This document shows, piece after piece, positions 30,955-40,800 of a DNA stretch of 64,000 nt (within the stretch, counting starts at the first letter, position 1; every line of letters starts with the position of its first letter). Source of the DNA: Alphaproteobacteria bacterium (GTDB taxonomy: Bacteria > Pseudomonadota > Alphaproteobacteria > MPNO01); NCBI GenBank assembly GCA_965248835.1, contig CBDFLJ010000002.1, positions 1,760,001-1,824,000 on the forward strand, read 5' to 3'. A program made the position numbers and the translations under genes. Under the pieces are notes generated by a model. That model had not been told where the DNA came from, made no database searches, and saw only the letters and a program-made list of their open reading frames with translations.

Positions 30955-31875
30955 GTGACCGGCAATAACACAAGGCACCGCCATGGACATGCCGGCGACA
31001 GGCACGGCAGCAACGTCCGGCGCATCTTTTGGGCTCTGCTGCTGACCGGCAGCTTCATGTTCGTCGAGGCGGTCGGCGGCGTGATCTCGGGATCCCTGGC
31101 GCTGCTTGCCGATGCCGCCCACATGCTTGTCGATACGGTGTCCCTGTTGTTTGCATGGATCGCCTTCAAGCTGAGCCGCCGCCCCGCCGACAAGGCACGC
31201 ACTTACGGCTATCACCGCTTTCCGGTTCTCGCCGCCTTCACCAACGGCATCAGCCTGATATTCATCGTCGGCTGGATTTTCATCGAGGCGGTCGGCCGGC
31301 TCATCGACCCGACCGAGGTGCTTGCGGCCCCGATGCTGGCTGTGGCGGGGCTGGGACTTGTCGTCAATGCCACCGCGTTCGTGGTGCTTCATGGAGCCGA
31401 CCGCAACAACCTCAATGTCCGCGGCGCCCTCTTGCACGTGCTGGGCGACATGCTCGGTTCGGTTGCCGCAGTCAGCGCGGCGCTGATCATCATGATGACC
31501 GGCTGGATGCCGATCGATCCGCTACTCTCGATCCTGGTCGGGCTGCTGGTGCTGCGCAGTGCCTGGTTTCTGGTGAAGGATGCGGCGCATGTGCTGCTCG
31601 AAGGCGTTCCCGGGCAATTGGACGTCCGCGAAATCGGTCCGGATCTGGTCTCGCATATCGCTGTCGTCGAGGATGTGCATCACGTGCACGCCTGGTCCTT
31701 GTCGCAAGACCGGTCATTGCTGACCCTGCACGCACGAATCATCGAGGGCGCCAACCCGGATTCGGCGGTTGCCGAGATTCGGTCACGCTTGGCGCAGCGT
31801 TTCGATATCAGCCACGTCACGGTGCAAATCGAGTTGGAAGGCTGCACCGACGATCCCGTCGCCGCGCTTGGGTGA
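30955..31875 (+). CDS. Cation diffusion facilitator (ZitB/CzcD-like)
   Basis: His-rich N-terminus; SGSLALLADAAHM..D, TYGY.R, NLN.RGA.LHV.GD and HH.H.W motifs. Start uncertain. Confidence 0.92.
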   Translation: MTGNNTRHRHGHAGDRHGSNVRRIFWALLLTGSFMFVEAVGGVISGSLALLADAAHMLVDTVSLLFAWIAFKLSRRPADKARTYGYHRFPVLAAFTNGISLIFIVGWIFIEAVGRLIDPTEVLAAPMLAVAGLGLVVNATAFVVLHGADRNNLNVRGALLHVLGDMLGSVAAVSAALIIMMTGWMPIDPLLSILVGLLVLRSAWFLVKDAAHVLLEGVPGQLDVREIGPDLVSHIAVVEDVHHVHAWSLSQDRSLLTLHARIIEGANPDSAVAEIRSRLAQRFDISHVTVQIELEGCTDDPVAALG

Positions 31876-31909
31876 ACACCGCGCCGTGGCGGAAGCCAGA
31901 GAGCGGAAT

Positions 31910-32713
31910 TCAGCGCGCGCTTCCCGCCGACCTGGGCCGTCGCATCCGGGTGATTATGAACAGCGCCAATGCAGCCACGACGATGGACGGACCCGACGGC
32001 GTGTCAAGCTTGGCAGAGGCGAGCAACCCCCCTGCGACCGCGACTGCGCCCGCCGCCGCCGCACCGGCGGCCATCTTCTCGGGGCTTGAGGCAAAGCGCC
32101 GGACTGTCGCCGCCGGTATGATCAGCAACGCGACGATCAGCAAAACCCCGACGATCTTGATGGCGGCGGCGATTACCGCCGCCACGAGGATCCCGAACAG
32201 CAGGCGCGCGCGCTCCGGCCGCAATCCCGCCACCGTGGCCAGATCGGCATTGACGGTCGCCGCCAGCAGCGGGCGCCAGATCCACCACAACACTCCCAGC
32301 GCGACCGCGCCGCCCACCCAGATCACAGCCAGATCGATGCGTGATACGGCGAGAATATCCCCGAAGAGCAGCGCCCGCAGGTCGAGCCGCATGTTGGGGA
32401 AGAAGGACAGGATGACGAGGCCGAGGGCGAGCCCGCCATGGGAGAGCAGGCCGAGCAAGGTGTCGGTCGGAAGCGTGTCGCGCCGTTCGAGATAGAACAT
32501 CACCAGCACGACCATGGAGGCGGTGACAAATATGCCTATCGCCAAGTGAAGGTCGATCAGAATGGAGATCGCAACGCCGAGCAGGGCCGAGTGCGCAATC
32601 GTCTCGCCAAAGTAGGCGAGCCGCCGCCAGATGATGAAACATCCCGCCGGTCCGGTGACGAATGCCAGCCCGATACCGGCGAGCAAGGCGCGCACCAGGA
32701 AATCGTCCAGCAT
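31910..32713 (-). CDS. znuB: Zinc ABC permease
   Basis: MLDDFLVRALLAG, WRR.AYFGE..AH.ALLG, LFGDIL and LLIIPAA motifs. Confidence 0.92.
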   Translation of the reverse strand: MLDDFLVRALLAGIGLAFVTGPAGCFIIWRRLAYFGETIAHSALLGVAISILIDLHLAIGIFVTASMVVLVMFYLERRDTLPTDTLLGLLSHGGLALGLVILSFFPNMRLDLRALLFGDILAVSRIDLAVIWVGGAVALGVLWWIWRPLLAATVNADLATVAGLRPERARLLFGILVAAVIAAAIKIVGVLLIVALLIIPAATVRRFASSPEKMAAGAAAAGAVAVAGGLLASAKLDTPSGPSIVVAALALFIITRMRRPRSAGSAR

Positions 32714-32716
32714 GGT

Positions 32717-33409
32717 TCAGCCCGACGACACGCCGCCGTGATGCCCGGTAGCGAGCGCAGAGCCGCCTGCGGCATGGGTCGGCTCGTCATGTTCGTGGGG
32801 CACCAGGACCACCAGATCGTCGCCGGTATACACGGCCTTTTCAATGTCATGGGAGATCAACAGGACACCGCAGTCGAGATCGCGGCGGATGTCTTCTATC
32901 AGTTCAAGGAGCACATCCGCTCCGGCGGTATCGACGCCCTGGGCCGGTTCGTCGAGGATCAGCAGATCGGGCCGGTGAATCAGTGCCCGAGCCAGCAGCA
33001 GCCGTTGGAGCTCGCCGCCCGACAGAGTCGTGACCGGCGGGTCGCCGAGTCGTTCCAGACCGACGGCGGAAAGTGCGGCGTCAATGTCGCGGGCAGCGAA
33101 ATGGCCGGTCAGCGTCATCAGACGGCGCAGGGTCAAGGGCAGCGTAGGGCTCACCGCCAATCGCTGCGGCACATAGCCCACCTCCAGCGACGGCGCCCGC
33201 TCGACCGTCCCCTCGTCGATGTCGATCAAGCCAACGACGGCCTTCGCACAGGTCGACTTGCCGGCGCCGTTGGCGCCGATCAGATAGACCAGCTCGCCGC
33301 GAACCACCTTGAGGTCGACATGACGGATGATCCAGCGTTCGCCGCGCCGCACGCCGATGTCGCGGGCGCTGACAAGCTGGCGGGAACCGCCGGGCTGCGC
33401 GTTTTCCAT
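32717..33409 (-). CDS. znuC: Zinc ABC ATPase
   Basis: GANGAGKST, GYVPQRL, LSGGE.QR.LLARAL and LDEP.QGVD motifs; His-rich tail. Confidence 0.9.
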   Translation of the reverse strand: MENAQPGGSRQLVSARDIGVRRGERWIIRHVDLKVVRGELVYLIGANGAGKSTCAKAVVGLIDIDEGTVERAPSLEVGYVPQRLAVSPTLPLTLRRLMTLTGHFAARDIDAALSAVGLERLGDPPVTTLSGGELQRLLLARALIHRPDLLILDEPAQGVDTAGADVLLELIEDIRRDLDCGVLLISHDIEKAVYTGDDLVVLVPHEHDEPTHAAGGSALATGHHGGVSSG

Positions 33410-33652
33410 GGTCACATCTTCTGCGGGAGCCGGCGCGCAGGATTCCATTGCGACGCAGCGCCCACACTTATCGCTGAACCGCGCCGCGTGGAAGAAACGC
33501 ACGCGGCAGCTTGCATGGCCATGGTTGTCCCAATTCGAACGCGGGGTAAAGTGATTATCAGGCCGGACGCTGTCACACGAGTCACCGTATGAACAGCGAG
33601 GCCGGACACGAGATCACCGTGACTATTCCCGCGCATTTATGGAGATACACCC

Positions 33653-34696
33653 ATGGGTCGTCCATCGCCGATGCTGCGACGCTTCCGTCTCGCGACCGCC
33701 GCGGCGGCGTTCTTCAACTGCGCGGTCGCCGGTCCTGCGGCAGCCGACGGCGCCGTTCGGGTCGCGGCCTCGATCAAGCCGGTGCATTCGCTGGTGAGCG
33801 CCGTGATGGCCGGCGTGGGCGAGCCTCGCCTGATCATGCGCGGCGCTACGTCACCGCATACCTTCAGCTTGCGTCCGTCCGACGCTGCCGCGCTTGAGGA
33901 TGCCGACGTCATCTTCCTGATCGACGAGTCAATAGAGACCTCCCTCGCCGGCCCGATCGACACGCTCGCCGGCAACGCCCGGGTGATCACGTTGTCCGAG
34001 GCGAAGGGCCTGGTCCGCAGGCCGTTCCGCGAGGGAGGAACGTTCGAGGCCCACGACCATGGCAACGACGATGACCACGGGCGCCATGAAGGCGAGGAGC
34101 ACGCCGGAGAGCGGCCGGCCGCGCACGGGGACGATGACCGCGACGCCGATGAGCACGCTGCGCTCAACATGCACATCTGGCTCGACCCGGTGAACGCCGG
34201 AGCGATGGCACGCATGATCACCGGCACTCTGTCCGAGGCCGACCCCGCCAATGCGGCGATGTATGCGGCCAATGCCCTGGTGCTCCTCCGCCGGTTGGAC
34301 GAACTGACTGCCCAGATCTCCGCGGAGGTGGCTTCGGTCCGCGGCAAGCCGTTCATCGTATTCCACGACGCCTACCGGCATTTCGAGGATCGCTTCGGCC
34401 TGACCGCCGCCGGCTCGGCCGTGGTCAGCCCGGAACGATCGCCCGGCATCCGGCGCATTCTGGAGCTCCGCGGCAAGGTGCGCGACCTCGGCGCGACCTG
34501 TGTGTTCGCCGAGCCCCAGTTCGAGCCGCGCCTGGTCAACACCATCATCGAAGGCACGCCGGCACGGGCCGGCACCGTCGATCCGTTGGGCGCCGCCATA
34601 GAGAGCGGACCCGAGTTGTACTTCACGCTCCTGCGCAACATGGCTGCATCGTTCAAGGACTGCTTGGTTTCGGCAGGTCGGGGGCGAAACGAATGA
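33653..34696 (+). CDS. znuA: Zinc ABC substrate-binding protein
   Basis: SIKPVHSLV, SPH...LRPSD, His/Asp-rich loop, H.WLDP, FHDAY and EPQF motifs. Confidence 0.93.
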   Translation: MGRPSPMLRRFRLATAAAAFFNCAVAGPAAADGAVRVAASIKPVHSLVSAVMAGVGEPRLIMRGATSPHTFSLRPSDAAALEDADVIFLIDESIETSLAGPIDTLAGNARVITLSEAKGLVRRPFREGGTFEAHDHGNDDDHGRHEGEEHAGERPAAHGDDDRDADEHAALNMHIWLDPVNAGAMARMITGTLSEADPANAAMYAANALVLLRRLDELTAQISAEVASVRGKPFIVFHDAYRHFEDRFGLTAAGSAVVSPERSPGIRRILELRGKVRDLGATCVFAEPQFEPRLVNTIIEGTPARAGTVDPLGAAIESGPELYFTLLRNMAASFKDCLVSAGRGRNE

Positions 34697-34824
34697 AGAA
34701 AAACCGAGCCGATGCGCATAACCGTATCCGAAGCCGTCCCGCTCCTTGCGGTGGAGGAAGCCCGCGCGGATACGCCGCTGATCTCACAAATGCAGGATGG
34801 GCTCCGGCGTAAAATGATTCCGTT

Positions 34825-34882
34825 CTAAGATGCGCGATTGAGACGGCGAGGGAGAGGTCATGGAGAACATCCGGATCGGCGA
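34825..34882 (+). repeat. 58-bp direct repeat, copy 2 (att-like)
   Basis: Contains the RBS and first codons (MENIRIG) of the MBL gene. Confidence 0.95.
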
Positions 34883-35735
34883 TGTCGAGGTCGCAAGCAT
34901 CATCGAGCGCACCGGACCGTGGCGGGATCCGACGGCGATGTTTCCGACCGCCGAGCGGGCGCTGATCGACCGGCATCTGGCCGAGATGCCCGACTACGTC
35001 TACGACGCGGTGCAGGATCTCCTGGTGATCACCTATCAGACCTTCGTCCTGCGCACGGGGCGGCACACCATCCTGATCGATACCTGCGTCGGCGAGGACA
35101 AACCGGCCCGCGGCCCGAAGCTCGACTATCCCAAGAAACCCTGGCTCGACGGGTTTTCGGCGCTCGGGCTGCGCTTCGAGGACATCGACTATGTCTTTTG
35201 CACCCACCTGCATGTCGATCACTGCGGCTGGAACACGCGCCTGGTCGACGGGCGCTGGGTGCCGACCTTCCCCAAGGCCAGATACGTCTTCAGCCGGCGG
35301 GAATACGAATTCTGGGAGGCCGAGACCGCCAAGGGAAGCGATCCGCCGGGCGAGGTGTGGCGCGATTCGTGCCTGCCGGTGCTCGAGGCCGGCCAGGCGC
35401 TCCTGGTCGATGACGACTACGCGCTCGACGACAGCATCTGGCTGACACCCACGCCCGGCCATTCACCGGGCCATGTCTGCGTCAACGTCAAGTCGGGCGC
35501 GGCAAGGGCGATCTTCACCGGCGACCTGATGCACCACGCGCTGCAGTGCCGCGAGCCGCACTGGTGCTCATGCTTCTGCTACGACGAGGCGGGCTCGACC
35601 GCCTCGCGGCGCAAGATCCTCGAGGCGGTGGCCGATACCGACACGCTGGTCATGCCGTGCCACTTCCCCGGTCCGACCGGCGGGCACGTGCGCACCCAGG
35701 GCGCTGCGTTCCGCTACGCGTTCCTCGATGGTTGA
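34860..35735 (+). CDS. Metallo-beta-lactamase-fold hydrolase
   Basis: THLHVDHCGWN, TPGHSPGH, GDLMH and HFP motifs. Confidence 0.92.
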   Translation: MENIRIGDVEVASIIERTGPWRDPTAMFPTAERALIDRHLAEMPDYVYDAVQDLLVITYQTFVLRTGRHTILIDTCVGEDKPARGPKLDYPKKPWLDGFSALGLRFEDIDYVFCTHLHVDHCGWNTRLVDGRWVPTFPKARYVFSRREYEFWEAETAKGSDPPGEVWRDSCLPVLEAGQALLVDDDYALDDSIWLTPTPGHSPGHVCVNVKSGAARAIFTGDLMHHALQCREPHWCSCFCYDEAGSTASRRKILEAVADTDTLVMPCHFPGPTGGHVRTQGAAFRYAFLDG

Positions 35736-35797
35736 GCGCGGCGCCGGTTGGCACACGAGATAGAACGAAGTTGGTTGACCAGGAATTGACCCCGCTC

Positions 35798-36199
35798 ATG
35801 GCGGTTGATCCACGCGACGGCCCGCCGGTTCCGCCGACGCTTTTCCACATCTGCCGGCGTCAGGATTGGCACGCCGCTGCGGACAGCGGCCGGTACGGCG
35901 GCACGGCGGTCGACCGCCGCGACGGGTTCATCCATTTCTCGACCGCGGCACAGCTTCCGGGCACCGCCGCGCGCCACTTCGCCGGCATGGACGGGCTGAT
36001 CGTCCTGGAGGTCCGCAGCGCGGCACTCGCCCCTGCGCTCAAGTGGGAACCCGCACCGAACGGGACCCTTTTCCCGCACCATTACGGCGCGATCGCGGCA
36101 AGCTGGGTGGTCGCGGTCCACCGGCTCGAATGCGGCGCCGACGGCGCGCATCGCTGCGAATTTCTCGTGCCCGAGAGCGCTCGGGACAGGGCGGAATAG
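35798..36199 (+). CDS. DUF952 family protein
   Basis: D..DGFIHFST..Q...TA..HF and LKWE......FPH.YG motifs. Confidence 0.85.
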   Translation: MAVDPRDGPPVPPTLFHICRRQDWHAAADSGRYGGTAVDRRDGFIHFSTAAQLPGTAARHFAGMDGLIVLEVRSAALAPALKWEPAPNGTLFPHHYGAIAASWVVAVHRLECGADGAHRCEFLVPESARDRAE

Positions 36200-36393
36200 A
36201 GGCGAATGTCCGTCGATCGGGCCGGGCTTGCGGTGGTCCCCGCGACCATGCCGGCGGCCAAATTTAGCGGCATCCAAGCCGCGCTGCGATGCAATCATCT
36301 TCGGCCGGACCGGGCATGGACGTGCGCCCGGCGGTGTGGCCGGTAGGCCGGATTTGGGCGTAAGAACAGAATGATAGCGACAGGAGGCATATC

Positions 36394-37413
36394 GTGAGCG
36401 GTCTTGTAATCTCGGCGCGGACGGGCGTTGCAGGCTTAGCGATGCTCTGACTGGCGCACGTCGCCGGCGGTGCGGCGGCGCAGAAATACGACATGAAGAT
36501 CGGCTTCGTGACGGTGAACGATTCCCAACACGAGTCGGCCAAGATCTTCGCCGAGAAGATCAAGCAGCGCACCGGCGGCGAGGTCGGGGTACGGATCTTC
36601 CCGCTCGCCCAGCTCGGCACCATCCCGCGCCAGGTCGAGGGCATCCAGCTCGGCACCCAGGAAGGCTTCCTGTCCCCGCCGGGCTTCTTTGTCGATCTCA
36701 ACCCGGCATTCCAAGCCCCTGACGCACCTGCGCTTTTCAAATCGCAGTTGCATCAGCACAGAACGCTCAACCACCCCACGGTGCGCGACAAGTTCCTCAG
36801 CCTGGCCGCGCATGCAGGCGTTATCGGCAACTACACCTGGTCGGCCGGTGCGACGGCGGTGGCCTCGCGCAGGCCGATCAAGACGCTCAAGGACTTCCGC
36901 GGCATGAAGATCCGGGTGCTGGCGACCAAGATGGAGACCGCGGTGCTGGCCACCGTCGATGCGACGGGGATCCCGATGCCCTATTCGGAGGTGCTGCCGG
37001 CGCTGCAGCGCAATGCGCTCGACGGGGTGCGCTCGGGAATCATCGTCATTGGGCCGTCCAAGTTCTATACCGTCGCCAAACACATCTACAACGAGAAGTC
37101 GGGCTTCATCCCGAGCGCCTTGTGGATGAACAGGGGCTGGCTCAACAAGCTGCCCGCCCAGCACCGGGCGGCGATCTTCGAGACCGGCAAGGAGATGGGC
37201 GACATCACCGGGAAGATCGCCGTGGAGATCACCGCACGGTGGGAGAAGCTTTAGATCGAAAAGGGCGGCACGTTGACCGAGCCGACTGCGGCCGACCGTG
37301 CCGAACTGTTCCGGCGGGCGCGCCCGCTGGGGGACGAGTATTTGGGCACCAATCCCAAGATCAAACCGATGTACGAGCTGATCAAGAAGGCTGCGGCGAT
37401 GACCGCCGGCTGA
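36394..37413 (+). pseudogene. TRAP transporter substrate-binding protein (DctP) with two in-frame stops
   Basis: One frame from GTG 36394 to TGA 37413 with internal TGA (36448-50) and TAG (37252-54). QLG, DF.G.KIRV and EV.PALQ...DG motifs. Confidence 0.8.
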
Positions 37414-37575
37414 GACCGATCGCGGACGCGCCGGGATTCCGTCCGAGGCCGGACCAAACGCTCCGAAGGACGGCTTGCGCGCAAGGAACCGCCGGCTCGA
37501 GGGCGCCCGGCGCAACCGGCAGAAACGGGTTGGCTGCCCGATCCTGCATGGCCGTTCGGAAACCTGGCGCGCCCG

Positions 37576-37603
37576 GTGTCGCATAAACCACTTTATGAGG
37601 CAC
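37576..37603. other. dif-like/tyrosine-recombinase-type palindromic site
   Basis: GTGTCGCATAA-ACCACT-TTATGAGGCAC: 11-6-11 architecture with CATAA/TTATG inner motifs. Confidence 0.5.
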
Positions 37604-37748
37604 CGATCGAAGGGCTCGCCAGGAAGGCGGCCCACCCTGGAGGCATGCCGATGTTGTAGCTGGGCCGAAGGTTGTGAGGCGAGCCGTGCAGGCTGAGAAA
37701 GCTGTGGACTTCGTGCCACGTATACCGTTGTGTGAAGCGTCCGCACAT
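37593..37748 (-). pseudogene. SOS-response-associated peptidase (SRAP/YedK) N-terminal fragment
   Basis: MCGRFT...LRPSYNI, after which similarity is lost. Confidence 0.75.
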
Positions 37749-37897
37749 GGCTACGAGACTATCGGCCTTTCGCGACCTCACCCAGCTTGTTCCATGAAGA
37801 GACCACGGTGCAGGCGCTTAAAGAGCCCGGCGAGACGGCGCGTTCGAAGTCCCAACTCTGGGCGCAGATGGACGAACGGAGGCGCTAGGTTGTTCGT

Positions 37898-40800
37898 CTA
37901 TTCGGCCGCTACGCGGAATAACCTTTGAAACCTAGCGTCGGTCTCTAGATGCGGCATTGCTGCTCTCATCTTCTCGAGCATCACGCGAAGCGCGTGCAGA
38001 TGTTGAGGTTGCACCCCGTCCTGCCCCACCACTCGGTCGAGAATCTTAAGCGTCACCTCCGGATGCGTTCTGGGCGGTTCGCTGTCGTGAAGGCGATATA
38101 GGTCTCCTTGCGTGGGTTGCAGGTAGTTCAACGACCAGGCGGCTGCTTCTGGAAACGCGTCGCCACACGCCCCACCACTCGGTCGAGAATCTTAAGCGTC
38201 ACCTCCGGATGCGTTCTGGGCGGTTCGCTGTCGTGAAGGCGATATAGGTCTCCTTGCGTGGGTTGCAGGTAGTTCAACGACCAGGCGGCTGCTTCTGGAA
38301 ACGCGTCGCCACACGCTGCGAGCATATTCAGCATGCCTTTCGACGTCGCGGCCGTATTGCGGGCGGCTGCCGGTGGCCAATATCTCTCAAGCCACGGACC
38401 TACTTTCTCGCGCCAGACCTGTGCTTGCTCGGCAGCTTCGCCGGTCAGGCGTTGCGTCAGGCACTCGAGGACTGTTTTCAAGTCTTGCTCCGTCATCGAG
38501 TTCGCAACGCTGCGGCGCTCCTCTTTCGTCAGCTCATTGGGTGCTTCAAGGCAGATCGCCATGAAGATCATCGTGAGATTGTGCTTTGTGCGCGCGCCTA
38601 CCTTGCCGTCTCTCAGTGCTTCGAGGAACGGCTCCTTGATCGCCTGGAGCAGGTCGGGTCCGATAGTCCGGGACCATCCGTAGGCGTACCAGAGATTGGT
38701 CGCCTCCGCCGAGACCTCCAGGCTGAGAAGCGGTATTAGCTGTCTCTTCGCCCAATCCTGGTCCACCGCAAACAAGTACGGCAATCGCGTCGCGAGCATC
38801 ACGCGGCCGAGGTGTCCGCGCGGGTTATCAGCAATCGCATCGAAGTACGGGCGCACAGGTGCCGGCAGGCCATCGCCTGCGCTTGGTTCGTACTTCAGCA
38901 GTCGAAACACCGCTGCATCTGCCAGTTTTCCTGCCGAATCATTCAACGCATCGGTGATCGGGTCGTTCGAATCGACAATCTCGGCGGGTTCTCCCATGCC
39001 GAGCGCGTTCCATGCCTTTGTCCAAAGTGTTTCGACTTCCTGCTCTCGGTCCGTCTCGTACGTGTTCGCTAGTCCCTTCACGAACTCCGCCGCTGCCGAC
39101 CCGACCCCGGCAAGGAGTTCGTCAGGCGCCTTGGCAAGAATGTGGGCTACATGTTTCTGCAATCTGGCATTGGGCTTCCGCCGTTCAGCCGAATTGGCAG
39201 TGGTCCACAGGACCCACTGCCAGTACATTGGGGGCCATTTGTCGTCGGACGTCAGCCGCCGTAGCGCCCGCACGACCTTCACCGGCTTTGCCGCCGCAAG
39301 CCCGCGAAATGCATCTTGTTGAATGCTTTCGTTCTCGAGCGCTGCAGCGACATCGTCGACGTTTGCATCGAGCAGATCCTCCGGCGCCAGTTCCTCCTCG
39401 CCGATCCATCGTGCAGCGCCGTGCCATTTTGTGAACTCGTCCCGCTCGATGGGTTCGCCTTGAGGCGGCGGTTGGTATTCGCTGGCCAGGTTCATGGCCT
39501 TCCTGTCGAGCCGTGCTCCCGATGAAGCGAGCTTGTGAAGGCGCAACGCTTGCTCTCTGCGGATCCGCTCGTCGTAGCCAGGTGGCAATGTTCTTGGCTT
39601 AGTCCTCGGTCCCGCGTGAATGGCTCGCACTATTTCGGTGCGCAGGCTGCGCGGCAGCCGTGACCCTGCCCGTCGAAGGAAGCGCAGCGTCTCGCGGCGA
39701 AGTTCGCTCTCCCATATACCGGGTCTCCGGCCCGCGATGAGCAGCTTTTTCGCCAAGTGGATGTCGGACTTCGGATTCTCGGTAAGGGCGTGAAGAGCCT
39801 GTCTCCGGAACAGTAGCTGCTTCGACAGCGCCCAGCGGTGTAATAGGTTGGCTGCTCGCGCTCTGTCGCTCCCTGCCAACGCTCGATAACCGTCGCGAAC
39901 CAAGTCGATTAGGTGGTTCAATCCTTTCTCATCCTCATCGTGACGTGGATTCTGGTCATGCGCGGCAATCGAAGGTCGGTAGAGGGATGAATCCGGATAG
40001 ACCCCATCAACCTCCTGCGCCAGAGCCAGGGCCTGGTCCAGATAACCTGTCAGCGTTTCCGCGTGTCGTGACAGAACATTTTCCTTCTCGAGAATTTTGT
40101 TGATCTGGTACCGGGACTCCTTATCGCTGACCGCAAGCTTCAGATGACCGCACGCCTCGATGGGTGGAACTGGGCGGTTCTTGCCTTCAACGTGCCGCTC
40201 GAACTCCAGGCGCGGCGCGGGGCCGGGGGCCACAGTGAGCCGCGGCGCCATGCTCTCGACTGCCGCATCTTCGATGCATCGACGCTCCGTGTCCCAGGCG
40301 GCTCTTGCATGCTGGCTGGCGATGAAGAGGAACTTCGCCGTTTCCTCCGGATCCTGGTTCGCGAGGACGGTCCACAGCAGCCTCAGCCTCGGCGCGATCT
40401 TCCTGGACGGGTCGCTTAGATTTGCTTGCACCGAGCTTCGCAACTTCGGGTGCATGTGCCCTCCGCTTCGCAGCACCCAGGCGAGGACCTGGGGCACGTG
40501 CAGATGGCGCGCTATCCAGAAAGCAAGGTGCCCCCTCGTCTTGTCGAGGTTGTTGGGATTCTGTGACTCAAACCCGCTGCCCACGAGCCGCACGAAGATG
40601 GGTGCTTGGTCCCCTGCGCCCGGGTTTGCGTTCGCAGGAGCGCATTGGAGCAACCCCCTTTGCGTGAACATCTCAAGCCACATCTCAATCTTCGGATAGT
40701 CGTTTTCATCCACGATGGGAGGGTTGTAGGCCAGCGCCTCTAAGGCAACCGGGTCTCCCAACGCCCAGATCATTCGTTCGACCACGGGATCGTTCGGTCC

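Larger units (their letters stand above)
30790..34882. mobile_element. Direct-repeat-bounded zinc homeostasis cassette with no recombinase
   Basis: 58-bp direct repeats offset by 4035 bp enclose only the CDF gene and znuB, znuC, znuA. Confidence 0.75.

Noticed and set aside
34711-34738. GATGCGCATAA, close to a XerC arm, near the right end of the zinc cassette (also AAATCGCGTAA at 30847)
   Set aside because: No TTATG partner arm at 6-bp spacing, so neither is a credible dif site.
36448-36450. In-frame TGA in DctP as selenocysteine or recoding
   Set aside because: It lies in a signal peptide, the gene has a second TAG stop, and TGA is a normal stop in neighbouring genes.
30790-38314. Direct repeats as a possible CRISPR array or DGR template/variable repeat pair
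   Set aside because: Only two copies each, no spacers, no cas or reverse transcriptase gene, and too few mismatches to show adenine-specific mutagenesis.
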